This document shows, in pieces, positions 24,120 to 35,662 of a stretch of DNA of 51,273 nt; the first letter of the stretch is position 1; each line of letters begins with the position of its first letter. The stretch is from Folioceros fuciformis (taxonomy: Eukaryota), in the NCBI GenBank assembly GCA_049999805.1, contig JBNGIO010005847.1:1-51273 (forward strand), read 5' to 3'. Below the pieces are notes generated by a model, which saw nothing but the letters and a program-made list of their open reading frames with translations, had not been told where the DNA came from and did no database searches. The translations under genes and the position numbers were made by a program.

Positions 24120-24969
24120 CAAATGCACACCTCGAGCATGGATGCCCGGTCGGCCTTGCCTCCCACCTCACCCTCACCTGGGAGGGTGCAGTAGCTCTTG
24201 CTCCAACAGCGCTGGGTGACGGCGTTGAGGAGGGCGCCGGCAATGGGAGCCGACAAGTTCATCACGGGGGAGTCCGAATTCGACGTCGGGGACGAGAGCG
24301 AAAAGTCCCGAACAAACTTCATCATCCTGGCGAACTCTCGTTCTCTCACGGCCAAGCTCGTCTGCATTTGCGAGTCGGTGAGGAACTCCACCGCCATCTG
24401 CTTCCGGCGTCACTTGCAGTCCACGGCCAGGCAGAGGATGATGATAAGTCGTCGTGTTCCAGCGGATATGATTCTTTAGCTTTGCCTCACCATCTGGATC
24501 AGATATATGAGCAAGCGAAGTAGGCCTGCAGTTACAGAAACTTGAGTCGAGCGTGATTGCAAGTGCGAGTGCGAGTGCGCGTACTTGACGAGAAACTTGC
24601 AAGCGGGACCGTGGGGATCGAAGAAGGCCCGGCCGAAGTACAGCAGCTTGGAGAGGGCGTAGTTGGGATTGTCCTTGGGGCAATGAGAGAAGAGCTTGTC
24701 CTGGTCCTTCAGCACGAGTCTGCCCATGTCCGGGGAGCTGACGATCACGGTTCGGAGGCCCCCAGCTGCAACAACATGAGAGGCCCGTGCTGCGTGGATA
24801 GAGTCAGCAGTTTCTCCTCCAGCCTCGTGCTGCCCCGCAGTTGCAACAGATTCCCCACCACAGGAAGCCCAGGAGGCAAGCGGGCTCTTCTCCTCTTCAG
24901 GGCAGCGCTAGCCAGAAATGCGACAAGACTGCTGATGGCAGCGGCCACTGCCGTCCAGGGACTCTCCAT
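24120..24969 (-). pseudogene. Cytochrome P450 (CYP71-clan-like) N-terminal pseudogene
   Basis: TM anchor, KRRRARLPPGLPVVGNLLQL, LSTQHGPLMLLQLG, frameshift, IVSSPDMGRLVLKDQDKLFS, later VEFLT..MQTSLAVREREF; no heme motif found. Confidence 0.85.
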
Positions 24970-25963
24970 AGCTGCGACTGATCCGAGCCTCGGACACGCG
25001 GCCAGCGCAGTTCTTGCGACTTCGAATGCTTTTCGTGTGGAAACCGGGTATGCGGACTGGTTGAGGAAATGGAGACGCGACTCCGTCACGTGTCTAACAC
25101 AATCCTTGCCGGCGAGAGGGAGCATCGACTACGACTCCCTGCAGACCGGCTGGAGGCGATGCCAGGATGTTTCTGGCCAGCAGCAAGAATAACAAACCCA
25201 CGAGCGCAGTGGAAGGTGGACAGAGTACAACCAACAGGCTGCGCCTATATAACCTACCGGGCCATGTCGAGCACCAGCAGAGCATCAACGCGCGTACCCG
25301 AACTAGGCGATGCTCGCATTGCGAAGAATTCGCTGTTTCCAAGATGGCCCAGCTGGTATAAGGCGCCAAACTTAGGATCTCCGCGGACATCCGACAGGGC
25401 TTACGTTCGAATCCCATTCCCGTGTCTTTGAGTTCCATGGGACTGTGTGCCTTTGACTGCTCCTGTCGATCAGATACCAACAAGCAGCTTGGAGATGGAA
25501 GTAAGCCATGATGAAGCCACTAAACTTTGCCACAGCATCGACCTGAATTTGAGACACTTGCTTTCGTAGGCTTCTTCAATGTTGGCTCAATTTCGGATCC
25601 CAACGTAACATATTGCAATCTCAGAGCGCTGAGTTCGACTGGTGGGTAGAATTTCGCAATTTCAACGCGCTTCCCTCAACGGATAGGATCTTGCAATTCT
25701 GTTGAAATGGGTGCCCGGTGAACAGCACCTGTGAAGCCAGTCAGCATCCAGCAACAGTTCGAGCGCAATCTCAAATATGCCAAATTCCCTAGAAACAATT
25801 ACTACGACGCATGATTCCCAATTGATACCACCACTGTATCCGCAATCGTCTGCCAGCCAACAATGTAACGTGCTCGTCTCGCTCTCAAAGCCACAAACGT
25901 CCGATCGCAATTCGTGAAAGGCACATTCGATGACCTGGTTGTGGTGGGGATCCCTCCACGAGA

Positions 25964-26290
25964 ATGGGGCTGGGCAGTTTGAGTTTCAGTGTGGGGGGTT
26001 GGGTTGTGAATGGCGTCGCCACTCTGATTGCATCGTGCTTGGCTTCGAATTTTCTGCAGGCCAAGAGGGGCAAACGGAGTAACTATCGGACCAAGTATCT
26101 GTTCTCCCTGGACCGCCCAAACGGCTGATTGTGGGGAGCCTCCCGCAGATGGCCGAAAGGCCCAGATGCTACACCGCCATACTATGGGGCTGGCCAAGAT
26201 GCACGGGCATGTAATGCTTCTCAACATTGGCGTGTTGAACACGTTGTACATCACCGTGCCAAAGGTTGCTGAAGACTACCTGAAAGGTGA
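25964..26290 (+). pseudogene. Second cytochrome P450 N-terminal pseudogene, divergent from the first
   Basis: MGLGSLSFSVGGWVVNGVATLIASCLASNFL (TM), KRGKR, frameshift to LPGPPKRLIVGSLPQM, frameshift to LHRHTMGLAKMHGHVMLLNIGVLNTLYITVPKVAEDYLK. Confidence 0.75.
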
Positions 26291-28450
26291 TCCCAAGGTT
26301 GTTGAAGACTGCCTCAAACCTGAAAGCTGACCACAAAGTTGTTCCAGACTGCCTCAAAACTGAAAGATGACCCCCGAAGTTGTAAGTTTTCCTATATGAT
26401 AATTTCTTGCTTGTGTAGCAGAAAGGCTGGAGGATGTCATCGTAAAAGGGGAAGCGTGAAAGGTCCAGCATGTGAATAATATCTATCATGACATCTAGGT
26501 AATTGGTGTGCTTCCTCGGTTGTAGTGTGAAGTCAAAATCATGATCTCCGATTGTAGTTCGCTGTAATTTGTGCAGGTTGGATTGTACACCTTTGAAATG
26601 CTGATAAGAGAAATGTGGGACTTGGAGTGTATCTACAAGTCGCTTCAGCAAGTTTGTGTCCTGCATTTTAAGTTTGGGTCTGTCCTGAGAGGTTATGAAG
26701 CTTCTGTAACCTATAGGATCGATATGATTGATTGTAGCCTTCATTGCAGACAATTATCGCTTTGACACCATGTGATAATGTGGGAAAAGAAGTTATGATC
26801 GCTGATAGAGTTTCTGATTGAATTATGTAGGAGGAACAATCAAGAGGCTACTTGTAGCATCTTGAGGGGTCAGTCTCGCAAAGATACACGTCTGTCCATC
26901 TAACGAGTCACGACTGTATCGGTTGCAGCTTACGTGAATGCATCACTGCTAAACTATGCCACATGAATCAGACATCCAGAAGGTAATTTTGGAATTAGCA
27001 TTGCTAACAATCTGATTTATAGAGAGTAGGTTTTTGGATAACCCAAGAACGTGTAGGACGTTCCTAACATGAGCAGTACAGTCTTGTACTTGGATTTTAA
27101 CATTACCCTTGCCCACATGCCATATCACCGCCCATGAAAACAAGCAGGGGTACTTCCAGAGTCGAGTATTCAGAAAACCAATCTCTTCGGTGGTGTCATG
27201 TGTTCAGTGGCCCTAAAGTTAAGAAGCCAATTATCTAGGAGTATAGAGCTTGTGGCCAAGGCGGAAATGGCTGTAAAGAGGTAAGCGAGTTTTTGAGCTT
27301 GTGACTAAAGCAAATTTACTAGGGGTACTCCCTTGGGAGTTACATCTTCCAGTGGGTACACCCTTGGGAGTTACATGTTCTAGTGGGTACTCCCTTGGGA
27401 ATTACATATTCCAGCAGCTCTGTCACGCTGCCTCTTTCTGCTTTCCGAGTTTAGGGCTTAGGGTTATATGTCCTTTCTTAGAGCAATAATGACAAGTTTT
27501 ATCCTTGTAATTGGGGTTTGAAGGTGGTTAACGGAAATGTGCTTTGTCCCGTATGCAAGAGCCGTTGGTAGTCTTCAACATCTTGTACAAAATACTAGGC
27601 CGGACATAGCTCTGCCAACCTCTCAATTTCTTTCTAATGGTGGCCTCCCTCACTGGATTGCCTAAAAGGCATCCTTCGATACCTGCAAGGCACCAAGAAG
27701 GAGGGAATTAAATACCAATGTGGTTCTAGAGCTCAACATAAATTGATTGGTTGGACTAATGCCGATTGGGCTGGTGATCCCGATTCTTGTAAGTCAACAA
27801 GTGGATATGTCTTCTTACTTGCTGATGGAGCTATCAGTTGGAAAGCGAAGAAACAAACTTCCATTGCCCTCAGCTCTACAGAATCAAGCCACAATTGCTC
27901 TCTCCAAGGATCCTAGATTTCACGAGCGGTCCAAACATATTGAGCTCATATACCACTTTCTATGTTCGAAGGTTTAGAGTGGAGAGCTATGTTTAACTTA
28001 TGTGCCTACAAAAGAACAAGTGGTGGACATCTTTACCAAGCCACTAGCAAAGATCAAACACGTTTAGTTCACTTCTGCATTAGGACTCTCAACTCATCAA
28101 TAATTTCCCTATCTGGATTTCAGCTTAAGGGGTGTGTGATGCATTCACGTAAGTTGCAACCTATCGAGGTTCGAATAGTCATGACTCGTTAGATGAACCC
28201 ATGTGTCTCTTCGAAAGACTGACTCCTCAAGATGCTATAAGTAGCCTCTTGATTGTACCTCCTACATAAATTCAATCAAAAACTTCAATGAGCCATCATA
28301 ACTTCTTTTCCCCACATTATCACAAAAGTTCTTGTAGACTGCCTCAAACCTGAAATGTGGCCCCAAGGTTGCTGAAGACTGCCTCNNNNNNNNNNCTGCC
28401 TCAAACCTGAAATGTGGCCCCAAGGTTGCTGAAGACTGCCTCCCAAGGTT
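26260..28450. repeat. ~40-bp minisatellite (CCCAAGGTTGCTGAAGACTGCCTCAAACCTGAAA..) split into 26260-26380 and 28325-28450 by a Copia insertion
   Basis: AGACTGCCTC spaced 40 bp apart at 26306/26346 and 28336/28376. Confidence 0.85.
26381..28324. mobile_element. Internally deleted, rearranged Copia element with its two LTRs in inverted orientation (26771-26946 minus; 28135-28324 plus)
   Basis: LTR copies are reverse complements; PBS-like TGGTGTCAAA on minus at 26761-26770; minus-strand protease/GAG-pre remnants (NVLHVLGLSKNLLSI) at 26950-27500; plus-strand RT/RNaseH (PYARAVGSL, ADWAGD, FHERSKHI) and PPT AAGGGG before 28135. Confidence 0.85.
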
Positions 28451-28919
28451 CCGTGTCCGTCAACACGCAGCCAAGTCCTTCTTGAGCTTGAGGGATGTTA
28501 GAAGTGATTTAATATAATCTATCAAAAGTTAATGAAGAATGGCTCTCATCATGGAAGATGGCTATCAATAATAAATTTCTAGATCTTCTACAAGATTGTG
28601 TGTACTCTTAAACTTTACAAAAGGTGCTCCCTCTCAAATATGTCTAGACTCTTAAACGTTCTAGCATATATCTAATAGAACGGGAGCATCTTCTTGAAAG
28701 TTCTTAAGGATAAGTGAGCCAACTAGTAGATTCAAGTGAAATAAACAATAGGATTCAAGTCTAAGGAGAATATAAAGTCTTGTCCATTTAGGTGTAGTGT
28801 GTAGGCTTGGGTATTAGATCATAGCGTGTCTAAAACATAAATCCCATATTATGTGACATTGTTATATTCCTTCTTAATAAAGCTTGGCCTCTATTCCCAT
28901 TACTATATTAGAGCGTAAT

Positions 28920-29490
28920 TCAAGAGCTTTTTGCAGTCTTCTCATGTCGTTGATAGTTAAACATTTATGTTGAGTTCATACACTTAGTTCTTAGCTTTGT
29001 GCTTGTAAGAGTTTTTGTGCAATAACATAGCTTTTGTTCTTCTTACCTTCATCCTTGTAAGAGCTTTTATGCAATAACATAGCTTTGGGCCTTCTTCTTA
29101 GCTTTATGTTGGTAAAAGCTTGCATAGAAGAGTATAGCTTTTGGCCCTTCAGCTTAATGGTTGTGATAGCTTGTGCACAATAGCATATTTTTTAACCTTC
29201 TTAGCTTTATGTTTGTGAGAGCTTGTGTGCAATAGCAAAGCTTTTATCCTTCTTAGCTTTGTACTTGTAAAAGATTGTGTACAATAGCATAGTTTTTAAC
29301 CTTCTTAGCTTCATGCTTGTGAGAGCTTGTGTGCAATAGCAAAGCTTTTATCCTTCTTACCTTTATACTCTTAAAGCTTATGTGTAGCAGCATAGCTTTT
29401 GGCCTTTGTAGCTATATGCTTGTGAGAGCTTGTATACCATAGCATAGCCTTTGGCCTTCGTAGCTTTATGCTTGTGAGAGCTGGTGTGCA
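28920..29490. repeat. Degenerate ~46-48-bp tandem array (CTTCTTAGCTTTATGCTTGTGAGAGCTTGTGTGCAATAGCATAGCTTTT-like)
   Basis: About 10 recognisable recurrences. Confidence 0.85.
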
Positions 29491-30919
29491 GTTGAGAAAG
29501 CCTTAATAAAATTCCTTGTAGGGCATGAGAGTGTGAACTTGTGTGTACTTATGAAAGCATTTTTAGAATGTGTAAATGTAAAAGCCTTGACAATGTGTAA
29601 TTGTGAAAGCCTTGACAATGTGTAATTGTGTGAACTTGTGCCATTTAACAGCACATCAACAAATTAAAACCGTGGTACATAATATGAAGACGGTGCATAT
29701 CAAACTTTGTGATGAAAAAATTATGGTGGTAGCGTCAACCTTTAAGATGGGCTGTAGTGATATATGCAAGTGACAAATTAGCAATGTTGGATGAACTTGT
29801 TGAGTTACTTCTACACAAGAAGCTGCAAAATTTCTTCAAGAAAGAAAGAGGACAATAAAGACTCAATGGTCTCTCAAAGGAAAGAAAGAAGTTGAACATA
29901 AGAGAAAACCTCATAAGACAACGTTGAAGAAGGATTGAAGGAGAAAGGTGCAAGGAAAAGGATGTGGGGCATTTTTCATTAATGGCAAGTGCAACAGACC
30001 TAACCACTGTACTAAGGTATGATAAGTTTGGCTAACTTGAGAAAGGGAAAGGAATCACAAGCAATTAATTAAGTTCTCGATTAGTGCACCATTTGCGCTA
30101 CAATAAGCATTGGCTAATGCCATATACTAGATGACAACGTTGGCAAGAGATACAACAACTCGAATGGTAGGTACGCCCTTTGTCCTCGCACACCATGATG
30201 TTTTAGGTGTTATTGGTAGTCATTAGGCTTCATGGAGTTAGCCATTCGTGTCCCTCTCATGGTTTATCTCCCTCTTTAAGGATAGATGGGTTTTCCCATC
30301 TTGTCTTTCTAATTTAAATAAGATACATCATACACTTCATCATTTAAATAAGATACATCATACACTTATGAAGTGAGTGAGAAGGTAGACCATTTCTTCA
30401 ATACAAACATCAAATGAATTGAGATGCAGCTTGGAACTTTTAAGATGTTATGTTGTTCATTGAAGTGACATTGGACAAGCTTTAAGTGAGACATTAATCG
30501 AAGCCATATCATGCTCTCCTATGCACTGCACAAGTGTGTGAAATTTTCTTGAGTGTTTGCCTAGTGGGAAATTTTCTTTCCAATTGTTGCAGCTAATTTT
30601 TGCTTCACATGTTATGCTCTTTATTGAATCATCTAGTCACATGTTGGGTTACACTTATCAGAAGTATCCATTGGTAGGGATTTAAATTTGTAAGGGTTGG
30701 GACACATACAACTATGGCCACTAATATGATTCAAATGGGCTCTAAGAAAGCTTCTTGTTAGTGCAAACATTATGATGAAGTAAACATAAATGGGATGTAG
30801 ACCCAGTAGTAGTAATGAATGAATGGTGAAGAAGTTAGATTTAGGAACAATGGCTTACCTTTGGGTTGTGGTGGGTTCATTAGTTTATCAGGTCTTCTAC
30901 ATATTGCTCTAGAGTCTTC

Positions 30920-31041
30920 TTAATCTCACAAAGAGACCTCACACACAGGAGACCATTTTGCCTAGGTCTAGTTGAGATTATTAATCTCACAAAGAGACCT
31001 CACACACAAGAGACCATTTTGCCTAAGTCTAGTTGAGATTA
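30920..31041. repeat. ~60-bp tandem duplication
   Basis: TTAATCTCACAAAGAGACCTCACACACA..TCTAGTTGAGATTA twice. Confidence 0.9.
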
Positions 31042-31257
31042 TCTTTAGGTCTAAGTAGGTAGTACATGTTCTACTATTAGAATCTTGGCCTCTTGCTGAT
31101 ATTGATTAGCCTCAATCTTCGATCAATAGTGCCAATCAAAATGTGCGAACAAAAAATTTTATTTCCACGGAGGTAAGACATAATTTTGACTTAAAACCTC
31201 TTTACTTGAGAAGAACAAGAAGGCAACATGACACAAGTTCACCTTCAACTCGTGGCA

Positions 31258-31368
31258 TCCAGGCATCGGCTGGAATCGCGGTGGAATACACCGTCACATA
31301 TCCCAGAATCAAGGCATCGGCTGGAATCGCGGTGGAATACACCGTCACATATCCCAGAATCAAGGCAT
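31258..31368. repeat. 54-bp tandem duplication
   Basis: AGGCATCGGCTGGAATCGCGGTGGAATACACCGTCACATATCCCAGAATCA twice. Confidence 0.9.
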
Positions 31369-31822
31369 ATGAAAAAGATGGCATGTCGGACGAAGAAAGG
31401 CATGAGAAGATGGTATGCGACACTCGTTTCCAAACGGGGGCCGATGCGTTGACAAGACACAACAACACCCGCTTCATTCGTTGCATCCACGATGTCGTCA
31501 ACAGAGTTTGGGTATTTGCGCTTTGACATATCGTGGCATCATGCCCACTTAGCCTCGCTTGCCAAGTTGACAATCGTAGTGTCCGCAGCAGGATGACAAA
31601 TTGTGGCCAGCAAGAGGCCGAAGAGACGAACTTTATCCTCTCCTCGAGCCTGGTGACTGAGATTCCGTTGCCCTCGCCGCCCCTACTTTGTTTCACAGGC
31701 TGCACAGCATCGTCCTCATCAGGCGTGGGTGCTTGAATGTTCGTAAGCATTCAAGGCTGACCACACGAACACCACGCCCCAGCTCCCAGGATTCCTTGCT
31801 CGTGGTTACGATCGCAGGCACG

Positions 31823-32182
31823 ATGAGCCGTGTAGCTCAGTTCCTGACTCCTCAGCATCACAGATTTCGGCGATGGGGGGGCGCGTCCCCGATGCTGGCC
31901 AGAGAGTTGCCAGTGGACACTCTGAACGAGGTGAACTACAGCAAGCTGAGCAGATCCCAAGTGCTGAAAATGTGGAAGGAGGCTGACTTGGCAGCCCAGG
32001 GCGGAGACAATGCTGAGGCGAGGCCATCCACAAGCAGCTGGAAGTGGCTATGGTCGGCTTCGTGGACGAGGTCGTCGTCGAGCTCGGCCGGAAGCAATGC
32101 AAGAGCGATCACACTGGGCAAGCCTCGACGCTGGCCTTGGATGATGGATCCCTCGCAAAAGTGGCCCCAGGGCTGGTGTTAA
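31823..32182 (+). CDS. Small intronless uncharacterised plant protein (119 aa) ending DPSQKWPQGWC
   Basis: ATG at 31823; GC-rich coding-like frame; the C-terminal DPxxxWPQGW motif is typical of a family of small plant proteins of unknown function. Confidence 0.75.
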   Translation: MSRVAQFLTPQHHRFRRWGGASPMLARELPVDTLNEVNYSKLSRSQVLKMWKEADLAAQGGDNAEARPSTSSWKWLWSASWTRSSSSSAGSNARAITLGKPRRWPWMMDPSQKWPQGWC

Positions 32183-32428
32183 TTTATCAATCCTCTGCAT
32201 GACTACATACAGTATTCATAATCTCATCAATCTTATTGAACACCGCTCGTCCAACCATTGCACCGGAACTTTCTAGGGTTTAAGATCGCAGACCTCGTAA
32301 ATCGCCCGCCTGTCAAGAAGGGAGGCTGCCCGTGCCAGTTGGCCTGAAGGCGGTGGTTGAATCCTCGAGCTCTCGTGCAGGCGCGGCAGGGGCTATTCGA
32401 TAGGACTGATCTTGCAATCCGTTCCACC

Positions 32429-33177
32429 ATGCAGGTGTGTTCTGATGGCAAACGTGCTTTTAGCTTCTTTCCTTGGAGCTGGTGAAGGTTACGTTGTCGG
32501 AGACCCCTGACCGGGCTTCTGAGATGAGGATTTTCTGCAGGCCAGCGACCGGTTCAACATCAACAGCCAGCTTGAGCATTTGCAGGCGAAGTATGTAGGG
32601 ACGGGCCACGCGGATCTTAACCGCTTGTAAGGATTTCAGTCCGTTTTCTCTTCGTGTGCAAAAGCATGCTTGTTGTTGGTAAGGCACGCTTGTTGGTGAG
32701 GCATGCTTGCCCCGGAATAGGGTTTCAGTCTGCTCTGCGGATGGAGTGACACGTTCTAGGGTATTGTTTTTGCAGTGAATGGGCAGTGAACATTCAACGG
32801 GACAGCTATGCGTCGTATCTAGGGCACTATCCGCTGTTAGCCTACTTCGGGGTGGCAGAGAATGAATCCATCGGCAGGATGAAGTACAAGTTTATGCAGG
32901 CAAGTTTCTCAAGCTGTTGAGTCGGAAACGGGCGGAGAGTGTTTATTTGGTGAGAGAGTCGAGGCAGTGTATTGCCAGCTTCTGGATTACCCCCTCAGCC
33001 TGGTTTCCTGTGCGCATTGGTTTGGAACTCGTTTGCTGTATCGAGATGCTGCTCTCTCATGTGCGGACGTTTCGGCTCCCTCATCTTGCTTTTTAGCTTA
33101 ACGTTGAGCCTGGTGCGGCGGTTCTGCAGAAGATGCTGGTGCCGTGTGGCACTCCCCCGGAGAGAGAGGAGGACTGA
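32429..33177 (+). CDS. SF3B5: Splicing factor 3B subunit 5 (87 aa); exons 32429-32434, 32541-32626, 32776-32899, 33130-33177
   Basis: Spliced product MQASDRFNINSQLEHLQAKYVGTGHADLNRFEWAVNIQRDSYASYLGHYPLLAYFGVAENESIGRMKYKFMQKMLVPCGTPPEREED*; not in the ORF track. Confidence 0.97.
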
Positions 33178-34202
33178 TAGATGGCGGGTTTCTCCCACCT
33201 ACGTTCCCACACAGCTGGTGTTGTTCGTAGAAGAGAACCTCATGAATGAAATCATGTGGGAGGAAACTGCGAATGTATCTAGTTTTGTGTAACAGATATT
33301 CTCAAGAGACTCGAGAAAAGGCAAGTGCCCATTCACCGGCAAGGACGGTATTCCCATCCGAGAGTCCTCTCCAGCATCTAATGGTGGTACTTGTTTGTTT
33401 GTCGATACACTGGTGTCTCCGCCCGTTGTGTTTGCTTGAACAGGTCTGTTAGTCCGCGGTTCCCTGAAAATAGATGGCGTGAGGGAGGCTTGCAGGCCCA
33501 CCTATCCGTGCCTCATCTGCTTAAAGGCCTCACAAGTCGGTGGCTTATGCTATTCCAGGTTGTGGGCACGATGGCGAGATGCCACTTGGCCTCCACAGCG
33601 TGTATGTCAACACTGACCATTTGCAAGTTGCAGGGATGCAAGTCCGAGAAGATTGGCCCCACCATCTTCCGGGCAGCGCCTTTTCGGGCAGCTCCATCTC
33701 ATACCGTCGTACTGCCCCGGTATACGGTCTTCCACTAAATGAATATGAGAGTGTTTCTTCTATGTCGATGTGGGAGGTCGTACGGATATGACCGTATACA
33801 TACATAGGTTGGGAACATACGGGCCTATGGGATGGAGCTGCCCGGATCTGTCCTCCTTCCGGGGCCATGTGCATCCTCGGTGACAGTCATCGCGTCCCTG
33901 CTATTTCCCTGGCTTTCAGCTCGCACCAGAACATGAGCCTCGAAAGGAAGACTCGAGGGTCAACAGCCGTGCGTTGGGCTCCGACTGGGGTGAATTAAGA
34001 GAGATCCGTCTTTTCGTTGAAACATCGGCTGCCGACTGTCTTATAACAGAGGAGGAGAGGCGAGTGTGCATTGTCTCGGGTCACAGTCAGTCGCTTGATC
34101 TGCTATCTGTGCTTAGCCTCTTTTCTCTGCATTTTGGACAGCAGCAAGGTGTTGTCGCAAACCTGACAGTCACCGCTGCTAGGCTGGCCCAAGGAAGCAG
34201 GA

Positions 34203-35662
34203 ATGGGTGCAGCCAATGGAGAAATAATGACGGCCTCCCCCGCGGGTGCAGGCGGCCCAGGGAAGCCCCGCATCGGATCTGCCACCGAGACTATAACGCG
34301 AGTTAATCTTCTCTACCTGGTGCCCATGGCTCTCAAGGCCGTGGTTGATCTGCGAGTTCCAACAATCTTGGCCATGGCGGGACCTGGTGCTTTCTTGTCT
34401 CCAGCGTAAATGCCCGGCCGGACTCACCTTGCTCTTGTTTTCAGATGCTCATCTCCTGTTTTCCCATTGTTGCCATGCATGGGAGACTCTGAGTCTGGTG
34501 GTGGTCGCTCACGTGACTGCATTTTGCAGGGAGATTGCCGCGCATATTCCCAACAGCACCAGCTTCACTGCGGACACAGTGAGTCGGTTCCTGCGGGTCC
34601 TCACGGCGCACGGCGTTTTCGAAGAGTCCGTGAGGCACACTGGTGCGGGAGTCCTTGAGCGCAGATTTGCGCTGAACGAGGCGTCCAGCCTGCTCGTGGC
34701 TGACGAGGAGGGGTCGCGGCTCATTCCCCAGGTCCTTTTCTCGACGGACAAGGTGAATGTGGATTGCGGGTATTTGCTGGGGGAGACGGCGGTGGACGGG
34801 CTGCAACCCTTCGTGAAAGCCCATGGTGTGGATACCTGGACTTACTACCACGACGATGCAAGACTCGGCACCATGTTCCAGCAGTTCATGACGAACATGA
34901 CGAGGATCGTCATGGCAGATCTGGTGAAAAACTACCCGGGGTTTTCGTCCTTGGAGGGCACGCTGGTGGATGTGGCGGGGGGGTACGGCGGCGCTGTGAG
35001 CGCCATCGTGAAGGCGCATCCACACATCAAGGGGATCAATTTTGATCGGCCGCATGTCATTGCGCGAGCTCCAAGCTTTCCTGGTACGACTTTCTGTCTC
35101 TCTGCGATTTTCCGTGCTGCGAGTTGTGATTTGGTCGGGGTGAATCAGATGATATAATCGGCGGCCGCTGGTGGTGATGATCAGGACTGGATCACATTGC
35201 TGGTGACATGTTTGAGAGCATTCCCAACGGAAACGCCTTGTTCCTCAAGGTGACCTGCGTGTGCGATGATCCTGAATCAGTACATTGAAGACATAAGTGT
35301 TTAATTCGAGTTGTGTGAATCATCGGTTGTGTGCTGACGAACATTTCTCGTCTCTTCGGCAGTGGATTCTGCACGATTGGAGTGATGAAGACTGTTTGAA
35401 GATTCTGAGGAACGCCCTCAAGGCCCTTCCACCTGATGGCCGTGTAATCATAGTGGAAGCTGCACTTGCCGGTCTGACAAATCGGGATGAAGGAACGCAA
35501 GCTCAGTTGCACCTGGACATACTCATGTTAACCATTAACGTGAGAGGGAGAGAGAGGACAGAAGCGGAGTACCGGAAGCTGGTGCTGGATGCTGGGTTTT
35601 CTCGGTTGCAACTTGCTTACACCCGGGATGCTTACTTCTCTGTTCTTGAAGCATTTGTATAG
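34203..35662 (+). CDS. OMT: Class II SAM-dependent O-methyltransferase (COMT-like), copy 1; exons 34203-34405, 34530-35083, 35185-35249, 35363-35662
   Basis: PMALKAVVDLRVP dimerisation region, RFLRVL..HGVF, LVDVAGGYG, KGINFDRPHVI, GDMFESIP, LKWILHDWSDEDCLKILRN, GRERTEAE; in-phase GT-AG introns. Confidence 0.95.

Noticed and set aside
26169..26753. 194-aa minus-strand ORF
   Set aside because: Spans the Copia leader, minisatellite and CYP antisense strand; chimeric and not a gene
33200..33900. Exon-like segments downstream of SF3B5
   Set aside because: No frame could be assigned to a known family; may be UTR or decayed sequence
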